From an uncultured Clostridia bacterium (GTDB lineage: Bacteria; Bacillota; Clostridia; TANB77; CAG-508), in contig CANQEM010000006.1 in the NCBI GenBank assembly GCA_947594935.1, positions 225 through 64,224 on the forward strand: 64,000 nucleotides of DNA, given 5' to 3'. The position numbers and the translations under genes were made by a program. A model generated the notes under the pieces. That model did not search any database and was not told the origin of the DNA. It saw only the letters and a list, made by a program, of their open reading frames with translations. Positions 9,010 to 18,410 of this stretch are shown piece by piece (the first letter of the stretch is position 1; each line of letters begins with the position of its first letter).

Positions 9010-9911
9010 ATTGTTTGCTCCTCATAATTAGTTATTACCAATTCAGAAATTTTTCCGCGCCTTTTTCCATTTGAGTTTATCATTCTTTTAGCAGAAATTT
9101 CATTTATAAAAAATCCTTTGTAGATGTCTTCAAAAAAGTTATCTTCTATATTAACATTCTTTGGGTTCGAATTACTCAACATCAATTTTGCATTCTTTAA
9201 GCTAAGTTCATTATAATATTCAGCCAATTCTCTTTGATTTTCATCGTTGAAGTCTTCTTTTGAATAAGATGTAAAGTTTGAAGATGCCGAAAGAGGTCTA
9301 TATGGAGGATCAAAATATACAAACGTGTTCTCATTTATAAGGTTTTCACTATTTTTGTAATCTCCACATTCAAATGTAACATTTTTTATAAGGTTTGATA
9401 GATTTCTTAAATTACTGGCATCACATATTGTTGGATTCTTATACTTACCACAAGGTACATTAAATTTTCCGGTTTTATTTACTCTATATAATCCATTAAA
9501 ACATGTTCTGTTTAAGAAAATAAACTCTGAAGCACGTTTTACATCATTTTCTTTATTTAAACTATAAGAATTATAACTCTTTCTAACATTATAAAAATAT
9601 TTTTGCCTATCACTATTATCTAAATCTAAAAAAACTTTTTCTTTTTTATTTAATTCTTGAATTAAGGCTTCTACATTATTTTTTATAACATTATAACAGT
9701 TAATTAAATCTTTATTTATGTCAAAAGCATAAGCTTCTTTTATTTTATATTTTTGTAATAGGTCTATTAAAACAGCTCCTCCACCTACAAATGGTTCAAT
9801 ATATCTTTGAATTTTACCATTTTTTAATTCTAAGGGATAATATTTAGTTAGTTGTGGAATTAAACTATTTTTACCGCCAGCCCATTTTACAAAAGGTTTT
9901 ACTGCGTTCAT
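8961..9911 (-). CDS. dpnM: Dam-family site-specific DNA-(adenine-N6)-methyltransferase (GATC), DpnM-like
   Basis: KWAGGK, EPFVGGGA and FDPPY motifs; real start is ATG 9911 after GGAGGT (the track's TTG 9923 lies in the RBS region). Confidence 0.9.
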   Translation of the reverse strand: MNAVKPFVKWAGGKNSLIPQLTKYYPLELKNGKIQRYIEPFVGGGAVLIDLLQKYKIKEAYAFDINKDLINCYNVIKNNVEALIQELNKKEKVFLDLDNSDRQKYFYNVRKSYNSYSLNKENDVKRASEFIFLNRTCFNGLYRVNKTGKFNVPCGKYKNPTICDASNLRNLSNLIKNVTFECGDYKNSENLINENTFVYFDPPYRPLSASSNFTSYSKEDFNDENQRELAEYYNELSLKNAKLMLSNSNPKNVNIEDNFFEDIYKGFFINEISAKRMINSNGKRRGKISELVITNYEEQTIWNTQESSITKMIALA

Positions 9912-9986
9912 TTTTACCTCCAAAATTCAAAGTTATTATATCACATAAATGTTGTATTTAAAAGCGAACATTAACATTTTTTATTT
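9909..9986 (-). repeat. Repeat B copy 2: promoter + leader + RBS module of dpnM
   Basis: See 1170-1249; its distal end overlaps the tag stop codon. Confidence 0.9.
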
Positions 9987-10523
9987 GGTTTTATACAAAA
10001 AGCAGTTTTTTTCATGAGAATAGATAGCACCAATAGCTTGTAAATAAGAATATATAGTTGTGCTACCTACAAACTTCATTCCTCGTTTTTGTAGTTCTTT
10101 TGACAAGTCATCTGATAATTTATTTGTAGTTTTACCAATTTCATAAATAACTTTTCCATTAGTAAATGTCTTTAAATAACTGTAAAATGAGCCAAATTCA
10201 TTTTGCAATTCTTTAAAAATTTTGCTGTTATTTATAACTGCATTTATTTTTAATTTGTTTCGTATAATTTTTTCATTTCCCAACAATTCTTTTATTTTTG
10301 CAGTATTATAACTACATACTTTATCTATGTCAAAATTATCAAACGCTTTCTCAAAGTATTCTCTCTTATTCAGCACACACTCCCAAGAAAGTCCTGCCTG
10401 AAAAGTCTCCAATATTAGCATTTCATATAAGTATTTGTCATCTGAATTTTGTATACCCCACTCATTATCATGATAACTAACATATTTTGGGTTCTTTAAA
10501 TTGCACCATTTACATCTAACCAT
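9981..10523 (-). CDS. tag: DNA-3-methyladenine glycosylase I
   Basis: N-terminal CxWC...YHDNEWG signature, about 180 aa. Confidence 0.9.
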   Translation of the reverse strand: MVRCKWCNLKNPKYVSYHDNEWGIQNSDDKYLYEMLILETFQAGLSWECVLNKREYFEKAFDNFDIDKVCSYNTAKIKELLGNEKIIRNKLKINAVINNSKIFKELQNEFGSFYSYLKTFTNGKVIYEIGKTTNKLSDDLSKELQKRGMKFVGSTTIYSYLQAIGAIYSHEKNCFLYKTK

Positions 10524-10557
10524 CTATCACACCTCTAAATTTACACATTTCATCAAT

Positions 10558-11229
10558 TTAAATTTCTTTTTCCTCATAAATTTTACAAGAGATAGCAAAT
10601 GACAACGTGTATAATATTATAACTGAAACTCCTAATATAGCTATTATATAGTCTTTGAGCATTACAATAAAATTATCTAATGAAATATTAAAAAATTTCA
10701 TTAAAGTCGTAACAATTAAAGATATACCTATCATCAAAGCCACTATCATAATCATTTGTATAATTCTTCCTTTTTCCGCTCCGAATTTATACATAATTGG
10801 TATTTGAAAAGCTTGTAAGAACAATATAGCTGACAGACTTCCAATTATAGTAGCTACTATGTTACATAAAAATTCTTTATCAAACATATTTGATGTTTTA
10901 ATTCCTTGGGTAATTACGGTAAGAACAAACCCCAGCAATGTACCTAATAATGTGATTATTAAAATATAAATGTATCTTGCTTTTACAATCTCTTTTTTGG
11001 TTAATGGAAACGTAAGTATATATTTATCTGTTTTTGCTAAGTTATCATAACTAAAACTGCTTATCCCTAGCATTTCAAAACATAAAGGCATAAAGATTGG
11101 TAGAAAACTAGTTACTTCCTTGTTAAAAAATGCGCATACTACAAATATTATTACCATATAAATTACTGTTGATTTATATGATTTTATCGTTTGCAAATCT
11201 TTTACAATCAAACCTTTTAAAGTGTTCAT
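10558..11229 (-). CDS. ABC-2 type transporter permease
   Basis: Six hydrophobic helices; immediately follows the ABC ATPase; ATG 11229 after GGGGAG RBS. Confidence 0.7.
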   Translation of the reverse strand: MNTLKGLIVKDLQTIKSYKSTVIYMVIIFVVCAFFNKEVTSFLPIFMPLCFEMLGISSFSYDNLAKTDKYILTFPLTKKEIVKARYIYILIITLLGTLLGFVLTVITQGIKTSNMFDKEFLCNIVATIIGSLSAILFLQAFQIPIMYKFGAEKGRIIQMIMIVALMIGISLIVTTLMKFFNISLDNFIVMLKDYIIAILGVSVIILYTLSFAISCKIYEEKEI

Positions 11230-11230
11230 T

Positions 11231-12088
11231 TTATTCACTCCCCTTTATATAAATTAGCATAATATCTTCTATTGTTGGTTTATCAATTATTGAAATATCA
11301 TATTTTCTTTTAAATTCCACCTTATTTTCTATTAAGACATCATATCCATATTTACTTTTCCTATATTTAATGTAATCATTTTTATAAAACCTATTAAACT
11401 CATCTTCCCCGCACTTAACTATTCCAAAATTCTCTGTAAGTTCATCTTTTGACTTTGTAAAAATAATCTCTCCATTATTTATAAAAGTAATGTAATCAGC
11501 AATATGTTCTAAATCTGAGGTAATATGGCTAGAAAGCAATATTGAATGTTCTCCATCTTCAATGAACTCTTGGAAAATGTCTAATATATCATTTCTGGCG
11601 ACTGGGTCTAACCCAGCTGTTGGCTCGTCTAAAATCAGCAACTTAGGTTTATGTGAAAGTGCTGTTGCTATTTTCAATTTCATTTTCATGCCACTTGAAA
11701 ATTCCTTTGACATTTTGTTTTCTGGAAGATTAAAATTTTCTAGATATTTGAAATATGTTGCCTCATCCCAAGTTGGATAAAAGTTTTTCATAATCTTATT
11801 TATGCTCTTAGGTGTTAAATACTCTGAAAGAAAACTATCATCTAGAACCACCCCTATGTCTTGCTTTATTCTCTTTTCATTTTGCTGTAATTCTAAATTA
11901 AATATTTTTATACTTCCTTTGTCTTTATTTATAACGTTAAGAAGTGCTTTAATTGTTGTAGTTTTGCCGGCTCCATTTTCTCCGATTAAACCAACTATCA
12001 TTCCTTTTGGTATGCTGAAACTTACATTTTTCAATTCAAATCCTTCATATTTTTTGCATAATTCTTTAACTTCTAAAACATTTTCCAT
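11231..12088 (-). CDS. ABC transporter ATP-binding protein
   Basis: Walker A GENGAGKTT, signature SSGMKMK, Walker B LLILDEP; start ATG 12088 just after the GntR stop. Confidence 0.9.
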   Translation of the reverse strand: MENVLEVKELCKKYEGFELKNVSFSIPKGMIVGLIGENGAGKTTTIKALLNVINKDKGSIKIFNLELQQNEKRIKQDIGVVLDDSFLSEYLTPKSINKIMKNFYPTWDEATYFKYLENFNLPENKMSKEFSSGMKMKLKIATALSHKPKLLILDEPTAGLDPVARNDILDIFQEFIEDGEHSILLSSHITSDLEHIADYITFINNGEIIFTKSKDELTENFGIVKCGEDEFNRFYKNDYIKYRKSKYGYDVLIENKVEFKRKYDISIIDKPTIEDIMLIYIKGSE

Positions 12089-12092
12089 AATA

Positions 12093-12470
12093 TTATTCAC
12101 CCTCTCCATATAAAATGTTCAACATGCTTTGCATTTCTTCTTTTGAAATTTTACTTATCTTGGCAATAGAAACCGCTGTATCTATTAGATTTTCTACTTT
12201 TTTCAATTGTTCTTCTCTAATGAGTTCTACATTTTTATTAGCTACATAAGTTCCTTTTGATGCAATTGTTTCAACATAGCCTTCTTGTTCAAGCACTTCA
12301 TAAGCATTTTTTGTGGTTATAACACTTATCCTTAAATCTTTGGCTAAACTTCTAATTGACGGCAACAATTCTCCAACTTTTAATTCATTAGATATTATTT
12401 TACTTTTAATTTGCTCTTTTACTTGCTCATATATTGGAATATTACTTGAATTACTTATTATGATGTTCAT
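12093..12470 (-). CDS. GntR family (YtrA subfamily) transcriptional regulator
   Basis: About 125 aa, wHTH LPSIRSLAKDLRISVITTKNAY, first gene of a GntR-ABC operon. Confidence 0.85.
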   Translation of the reverse strand: MNIIISNSSNIPIYEQVKEQIKSKIISNELKVGELLPSIRSLAKDLRISVITTKNAYEVLEQEGYVETIASKGTYVANKNVELIREEQLKKVENLIDTAVSIAKISKISKEEMQSMLNILYGEGE

Positions 12471-12493
12471 GGCTTAATTTCTCCTTTTTTCTT

Positions 12494-12533
12494 TGTATAT
12501 ATACAGTATATACAGTTATGTTTAAAAAGTCAA
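12494..12533 (-). promoter_or_regulatory. Promoter (-35 TTGACT 12533..12528, -10 TATACT 12510..12505) overlapped by palindromes TGTATATATACA / GTATATAC, the likely YtrA-type operator
   Basis: 17-nt spacer; GT-N-AC type palindromes typical of GntR operators sit on the -10. Confidence 0.55.
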
Positions 12534-12573
12534 TACCTCACATAAAAAAAGATTATCTATTGCTGATAATCTT

Positions 12574-13041
12574 TTAAATAATTTTCATTGTATATGCTAT
12601 ATTTTTTACTTTAAAACCAAATTTTTCATATACTTTTATGGCATTTTCGTTTTCTGGGTTTGCAGTCAGATACATATCTGTACAGTTTTGTTTTTTCCCT
12701 ACATTTTTAAGATGTTCTAATAGTAGAGTTCCAATTCCTCTACCTCTGCATTTTTCATCTACACAAATTGCCTCAATATTTAATTGTTTTCTATATCTCA
12801 TTCCATTGCTTTCTTTTTCTTTTATGGCAAAAACAGCATAGCCTGCAATTTCATTTTCTAACTTTGCAATAAAAATCTGTTGATTTTCAATTAAATTTTC
12901 AAAATACTCTTTTGTTAGTACTTCATCTACATGTAAAAATAAATCTGGGTTCCAATTAACATGCAGTTCATGAACTTGTTTTGCTAATTCATTAACTCTT
13001 TTTAAATCTTCTATTTTTGGCACTTCAATTTTTAGATTCAT
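12574..13041 (-). CDS. GNAT family N-acetyltransferase
   Basis: Acetyl-CoA motif RGRGIGTLLL, about 155 aa. Confidence 0.85.
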   Translation of the reverse strand: MNLKIEVPKIEDLKRVNELAKQVHELHVNWNPDLFLHVDEVLTKEYFENLIENQQIFIAKLENEIAGYAVFAIKEKESNGMRYRKQLNIEAICVDEKCRGRGIGTLLLEHLKNVGKKQNCTDMYLTANPENENAIKVYEKFGFKVKNIAYTMKII

Positions 13042-13057
13042 TTACTATCATCCCTTT

Positions 13058-14104
13058 CTATTCTACCAGCATTTTCATTAAATATTTGTCAGTGAATTCT
13101 TTTAATTTATCTTTGTTATCTTTAAGTTTATTCATTAACTGCTCTGCTTGGTTATTTGCCTCATCAAATTCCGCTTCTGTCATCTCCTTTTTGTTATAAG
13201 CATCTTGCAATTCATCTTTATCAAGTAACATAACTTCTCCACTTGGAGTTACAACAACATCTAAATATAAATCATCTTCATAAGGTATTCCATTTTCTTT
13301 GCCTATTTTCCTTGCTATGTCAAAATACCACTCTATAATCTCAGAATTTTCATCATAGATTGCAGTCAATTTCACTTTTGAAGAATAATCATAAAACTCT
13401 AACCATTTATAGTTATCATTCATTATACATTTTCCATTTGGTATAATCATAGGGTTGCTTACCTCAATGAAATTATAGTAATATATATCACCATTAAAGT
13501 CTTTTTCTGACACTGATATTATTCTCTGCTCAGATTTTTTAGCTCTATAATGTACATATCTATCTGCATATCTTTTCTTCAAGCTTATCCAGTACCTCTG
13601 AATTATTCCAGATTTCCCTAGGTGTTCCTTATCTTGTACTTCATTTTCCAATATTCCGCCATTTGCAATTATAGTTCGCTGAGAAGCTATATTTTCTTTA
13701 TCACAAGTTATTAAAACACGGTTTATTTGTGCTTCTTTGCATTTTGGCAATATTAATCTTAACATTTCCTTTGCATAGCCTTTTCTACGTTCACTTGGTA
13801 AAACACTATACCCAACATTTCCACCAAAATTATATAAAAAATCTGTTAAGCTCTTTCTTATATCAATAATTCCAACAAGTTTATTATCATCTTTTCTTAT
13901 TGCTAAATACACATCTGATGGCACATAATCTTTTCCATGTTTCTGAGATAAACGATTTTCAAAGTCTATCCATTCTTCATAAGTATCACATTCTTCTAGC
14001 CCTGCACAACCATCCAAATGCTCATTGTTATCTAAAAATACTTTTCTATATGCCATTACTTGTTCTTTATATTCATTAGTTGGTAAAGCTAATTCCAAAC
14101 CCAT
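13058..14104 (-). CDS. GNAT acetyltransferase fused to a DUF402 (FomD/Ntdp-like nucleoside phosphatase) domain
   Basis: N-terminal half RRKGYAKEML GNAT core; C-terminal half WYFDIA...DLYLDVVV...LLDKDEL resembles DUF402. Confidence 0.6.
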   Translation of the reverse strand: MGLELALPTNEYKEQVMAYRKVFLDNNEHLDGCAGLEECDTYEEWIDFENRLSQKHGKDYVPSDVYLAIRKDDNKLVGIIDIRKSLTDFLYNFGGNVGYSVLPSERRKGYAKEMLRLILPKCKEAQINRVLITCDKENIASQRTIIANGGILENEVQDKEHLGKSGIIQRYWISLKKRYADRYVHYRAKKSEQRIISVSEKDFNGDIYYYNFIEVSNPMIIPNGKCIMNDNYKWLEFYDYSSKVKLTAIYDENSEIIEWYFDIARKIGKENGIPYEDDLYLDVVVTPSGEVMLLDKDELQDAYNKKEMTEAEFDEANNQAEQLMNKLKDNKDKLKEFTDKYLMKMLVE

Positions 14105-14232
14105 TTACGCACTCCCCCTCTTATTTTCCATTATAACATAAAATTTCAATAGAAAATAGTATTTAGACTTTATTTTCAATAAAATTAGTGATATAATGTA
14201 ATGTAGTCAAAAAATGAAAGGAAGTAATCGCT

Positions 14233-17200
14233 TTGAGAAAGCTTACAGATTTTATTATTAACAAACGACATTTTATACTGATTTTATTTATTATTCTTAC
14301 AATAATTTCAGCAATACTATCCACAAAAGTAAAAATCAATTATGACATAGCCGAATATCTGCCTGACAACTCCGAAACAAGAATTGGCATGGACATAATG
14401 GAAAAAGAATTTTCAGGAACTGAAACAAGCACTTTAAATTTAATGTTTGAAAACCTACCAGAAACTGAAAAGCAGGAAGTAAAAACTTCTTTGGAAAATT
14501 TAGAGGATGTTGAAAGTGTGGAATATGATTCTACTGAAAACTATAATAAAGATAATTACACCCTATATGTTATCACAGTTGATGATGCCTCTGATTCCGA
14601 AACAGCCACAAATGTCTATAATCAAATAACAGAAAAATACAAAGATTATACCACATATACAAGTGGAAACATATCACAAGCAAACAAATCAGTACTACCT
14701 ACATGGATAATTGTTTTAGCTGTTGCATGTGCATTAGTTATTTTACTTATCATGTGTGAATCTTACACAGAACCATTTTTATTCTTAGCATCAATACTGA
14801 TGGCTGTTGTTTTAAACAAGGGAACAAACATTATCTTTAACAATGTATCACACATTACAGTTTCAATAGTAGCAATATTGCAAATGGCATTATCAATGGA
14901 CTACTCCATCATGCTAATGAACAGATATGATCAAGAAAAGCAAACTGAAAAAGATAATGTAAAGGCGATGAAAAATGCGCTATACAAAGCTTTTCAAGCA
15001 ATATCAAGTAGTTCTGTTACAACAATTGTGGGACTTTTGGCATTAGTATTTATGACTTTTAAAATTGGAAAAGACCTTGGATTTGTTTTAGCAAAAGGTG
15101 TATTATTTAGTTTAATCTGCATATTCTTTGTGCTTCCTGATTTAATCTTGATGTTTGATAAATGGATTGCAAAAACTAAAAAGAAAACTCCAAACATCAA
15201 ATTAACTAGCCTTGGTAAATTTAGCTATAAGATTAGATATATTTCAGTACCACTATTCCTTATTGTATTTATAACAAGCTTCCTACTAAAAGGAAATTTA
15301 GGAATTGACTATACAGATTCTCAAACAGATGATGTTTCAAATATATTTACTGAAAACAATCAAATTGCGATTATTTATAAAAATGAAGATGAGCAAAAGA
15401 TTGCAAAATGCTTAGCTTCCTTAGAAAATGAGCAAAAAGTAGATGAAGTTTTGGGATATGGCAATACAATAAATGAGAGTTTAACTTATGATAAACTAAA
15501 AGAAAAACTAAAAGACTTAGGTTCAGATGTTGATATTGAAGATTATCTACTTAAAATTATATATTATGATTACTATAACAAAGGTCAAAAAAACACTGTA
15601 ACTTTTGAAGATTTTATTAACTTCATAGAAGATGAAGCATATAGCAATGAAAAAACTAATGAAAAGATTGATAATGGTATAAAAGAAGATATTTCCCGAT
15701 TAAAAAATTTTGTTACAGAATCTGCTATGAATGAAAAGAAAACGTCAAGTGAAATCTCAAAGATTTTGGATATAGATAAACAAAATATAGATGACATTTT
15801 TACATATTATCTTTCAAAACATAATACCATAAAATTAACTTTAAAAGATTTTATCAATTTTATGAATACTGATGTTTTAACAAATGAAAAATATTCATCA
15901 AAAATTAACAATGAAAGTAAAAATCAGTTAAATACTTTATCAAAGTTTGCAAATAAGCAGACCTTACAAACTAAAATGACAAGTGATGAGATTGCTAAGT
16001 TGTTCGGAATTTCATCTAATATGGCAGAAGATCTTTATCAATATTATTGCTTAGTAAATTCAGATAGTGTTAAAATGACCATTTCAGAGTTTGCAAATTT
16101 TGTATTAACAGATATGTTAAATAATTCTGAATATTCAAAAGAATTTGATGAGCAAACAATTCAAAGTATAAAAATGCTAGCGGCTTTCAGCAATCTTCAA
16201 ACAATAAAAAGTCAAATGAGTATAAAAGAATTGTCAAATTTGTTTGGCATAAAAGAAGAAACTGTTAAACAAATTTTACTTTTAAAATACAGTCAACTAA
16301 GTTCTGCAAGTAAGTTTAGCTTAACCGAATTTATAAACAATGTATTGTTAATAGATGGAATACCGGATATTAGTAAACTAGAAAGTGTAGCTGTATTTGC
16401 ACAAAATAAAGGAAATATAAATAGCACACAATTAAGTAAGCAGACTTTAAAGCAACTATTTAGCGGGGTAAATGCCAATATGGTTGATGCTGTATATTTA
16501 CTAACAGGGTTGCCAGATAGCAAAACATTTACACCACAAGAATTTGTAAATTTAGTTTTAAATAATCAAAGTTCTATTCCGCTAGATTCAAATTCTTTAA
16601 ACAATTTGCAATTACTTAAAATGATAATTGATGACAGCCTTTCTGATAATAAAATTAAATATTCAGATGAACAAATGTCTAAGATATTATCTATTGATTT
16701 AGCTCAAATGCACCAGCTTTATGCTTTGATTGATTATTCAACTAATAATGTAACTCAATGGAAATCAACACCAGAAGAATTTGTTAAGATTATTTTAAAT
16801 AATGCAGAAATCAAAAACACACTTGATAAAACTACTTTATCTAATTTACAATTATTATCTGTAATAATGTCAAATACTATTGATAATAAAAACTTTACTT
16901 ATCAGGAACTTTCGCAAACAATTGGCATAAATATCGACAATGTGAAAAAAATCTATACTGTATATACTTTTAGTAAAAATAGCATCAAGCTTACTCCAAA
17001 AGAATTTGTAGACTTTGTACTTTCACATAAAAATGATAGTATGATTGCTAAACAGATAACATCTAAAACAATTAAAGATTTGAATCTAGTTAATTCTGTT
17101 ATAGATGGTGTTATGAATAACAAAAAATATTCAAGTGCAGAATTGTCATCTTTACTAGGCATAGGTCAAGATAATTTAGATTTATTATATGGTCTATATA

Positions 17201-18291
17201 GTATTAAGTATATAAATACTACACCAAGCTTATCGCTAAGAGAGTTCATAAGTTTCATACTTAATGATGTAATTACAAATGCTGAATATGCTGATAAATT
17301 TGATAATGACAAAATCTTGAAATTAAACACCGTTGATGGAATTATGACTAACAGTTTAAAAGGTGTAAAATATACATCAGATGAAATTTTAGCTATTATC
17401 AATAATTTAAGTGATGAAGTAGAAAAAAATACAGTCGAGGTACTTTATACCTATTATGGCAGTGATAAGGAATTTGATGATACATGGAAAATGACTGTTG
17501 AACAGTTTGTTAAATTTCTAAATGAAGATATTTTGCAAGATGAACGTTTTACTGAATTTATAGATAATGATATGAGAAATAACATTACAGAAGCAAAAAC
17601 AACTGTGTCAGATGCAAAAGAGTTGCTAGTTGGAAATGAATATTCAAGAGTTGTTTTAAATACAAAACTAGCACCAGAATCGAAGGAAACCTTTGACTTT
17701 ATACAAAAATTAAAAGATATGTTTGCAGAATATTCTAATAAGGTTTACGTTGTTGGTGATTCTACAATGGCTTATGAGATTAGTCAAACTTTTGATAATG
17801 AGTTAAACTTTATGACAATTATTACAATGATAGCAATTTTCATAGTAGTTGCGATTACATTTAAATCAGTAATTATTCCTACAATATTAGTGCTTATAAT
17901 ACAAACCGCGGTCTACTTAACAATGGGTATATTATCTATAATAGGAGAAAATGTTTATTTTATCGCAATACTTATTGTGCAAAGTATTTTAATGGGAGCA
18001 ACAATAGATTATGCTATTCTATATACTTCTTATTACCTAGAACATAGGAAAAGCGAAGGAATTAAAGAAGCAATAATTGATTCATATAACAGGTCAATTC
18101 ATACAATTTTAACTTCAAGTTCAATACTTATTATCGTAACTTTGATTATTGCAAACTTTGCCTCAGCAATAGCTGCAAAAATATGCAAAACCATTTCGGA
18201 AGGAACAATTTGCTCTACAATTTTAATTTTAACTTTACTTCCAGCGGTGTTAGCATTTTGTGATAAATTTATAATTAAAAATAAAAAGTAA
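14233..18291 (+). CDS. MMPL/RND-superfamily membrane protein with a large internal array of about 9 helical repeats
   Basis: N-terminal and C-terminal multi-TM MMPL halves (MALSMDYSIMLMNRY; GATIDYAILY); aa ~455-1150 are repeated ~75-aa modules; TTG start after AAAGGAAG. Confidence 0.75.
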   Translation: MRKLTDFIINKRHFILILFIILTIISAILSTKVKINYDIAEYLPDNSETRIGMDIMEKEFSGTETSTLNLMFENLPETEKQEVKTSLENLEDVESVEYDSTENYNKDNYTLYVITVDDASDSETATNVYNQITEKYKDYTTYTSGNISQANKSVLPTWIIVLAVACALVILLIMCESYTEPFLFLASILMAVVLNKGTNIIFNNVSHITVSIVAILQMALSMDYSIMLMNRYDQEKQTEKDNVKAMKNALYKAFQAISSSSVTTIVGLLALVFMTFKIGKDLGFVLAKGVLFSLICIFFVLPDLILMFDKWIAKTKKKTPNIKLTSLGKFSYKIRYISVPLFLIVFITSFLLKGNLGIDYTDSQTDDVSNIFTENNQIAIIYKNEDEQKIAKCLASLENEQKVDEVLGYGNTINESLTYDKLKEKLKDLGSDVDIEDYLLKIIYYDYYNKGQKNTVTFEDFINFIEDEAYSNEKTNEKIDNGIKEDISRLKNFVTESAMNEKKTSSEISKILDIDKQNIDDIFTYYLSKHNTIKLTLKDFINFMNTDVLTNEKYSSKINNESKNQLNTLSKFANKQTLQTKMTSDEIAKLFGISSNMAEDLYQYYCLVNSDSVKMTISEFANFVLTDMLNNSEYSKEFDEQTIQSIKMLAAFSNLQTIKSQMSIKELSNLFGIKEETVKQILLLKYSQLSSASKFSLTEFINNVLLIDGIPDISKLESVAVFAQNKGNINSTQLSKQTLKQLFSGVNANMVDAVYLLTGLPDSKTFTPQEFVNLVLNNQSSIPLDSNSLNNLQLLKMIIDDSLSDNKIKYSDEQMSKILSIDLAQMHQLYALIDYSTNNVTQWKSTPEEFVKIILNNAEIKNTLDKTTLSNLQLLSVIMSNTIDNKNFTYQELSQTIGINIDNVKKIYTVYTFSKNSIKLTPKEFVDFVLSHKNDSMIAKQITSKTIKDLNLVNSVIDGVMNNKKYSSAELSSLLGIGQDNLDLLYGLYSIKYINTTPSLSLREFISFILNDVITNAEYADKFDNDKILKLNTVDGIMTNSLKGVKYTSDEILAIINNLSDEVEKNTVEVLYTYYGSDKEFDDTWKMTVEQFVKFLNEDILQDERFTEFIDNDMRNNITEAKTTVSDAKELLVGNEYSRVVLNTKLAPESKETFDFIQKLKDMFAEYSNKVYVVGDSTMAYEISQTFDNELNFMTIITMIAIFIVVAITFKSVIIPTILVLIIQTAVYLTMGILSIIGENVYFIAILIVQSILMGATIDYAILYTSYYLEHRKSEGIKEAIIDSYNRSIHTILTSSSILIIVTLIIANFASAIAAKICKTISEGTICSTILILTLLPAVLAFCDKFIIKNKK

Positions 18292-18294
18292 AAA

Positions 18295-18330
18295 AACTGC
18301 ACCAAAATTTAAGGTGCAGCTTTCTTTTTT
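18295..18330 (+). terminator. Rho-independent terminator of the MMPL gene
   Basis: ctgcacc-loop-ggtgcag followed by ctttctttttt. Confidence 0.8.
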
Positions 18331-18331
18331 G

Positions 18332-18361
18332 TTGACTTTTGGTAGAAAATTGGAGTATAAT
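18332..18361 (+). promoter_or_regulatory. SigA-type promoter for mgtE (TTGACT-18-TATAAT)
   Basis: Hexamers read directly from the sequence. Confidence 0.6.
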
Positions 18362-18410
18362 ATTGTTTGGTAAATAATGTTTAAAAACTGATAAAAGGGG
18401 GAAAATTAGT

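Noticed and set aside
18292-18410. M-box (Mg2+) riboswitch upstream of mgtE
   Set aside because: Only about 120 nt are available. They are taken up by the upstream terminator and a promoter, leaving a leader of roughly 45 nt, too short for an M-box.
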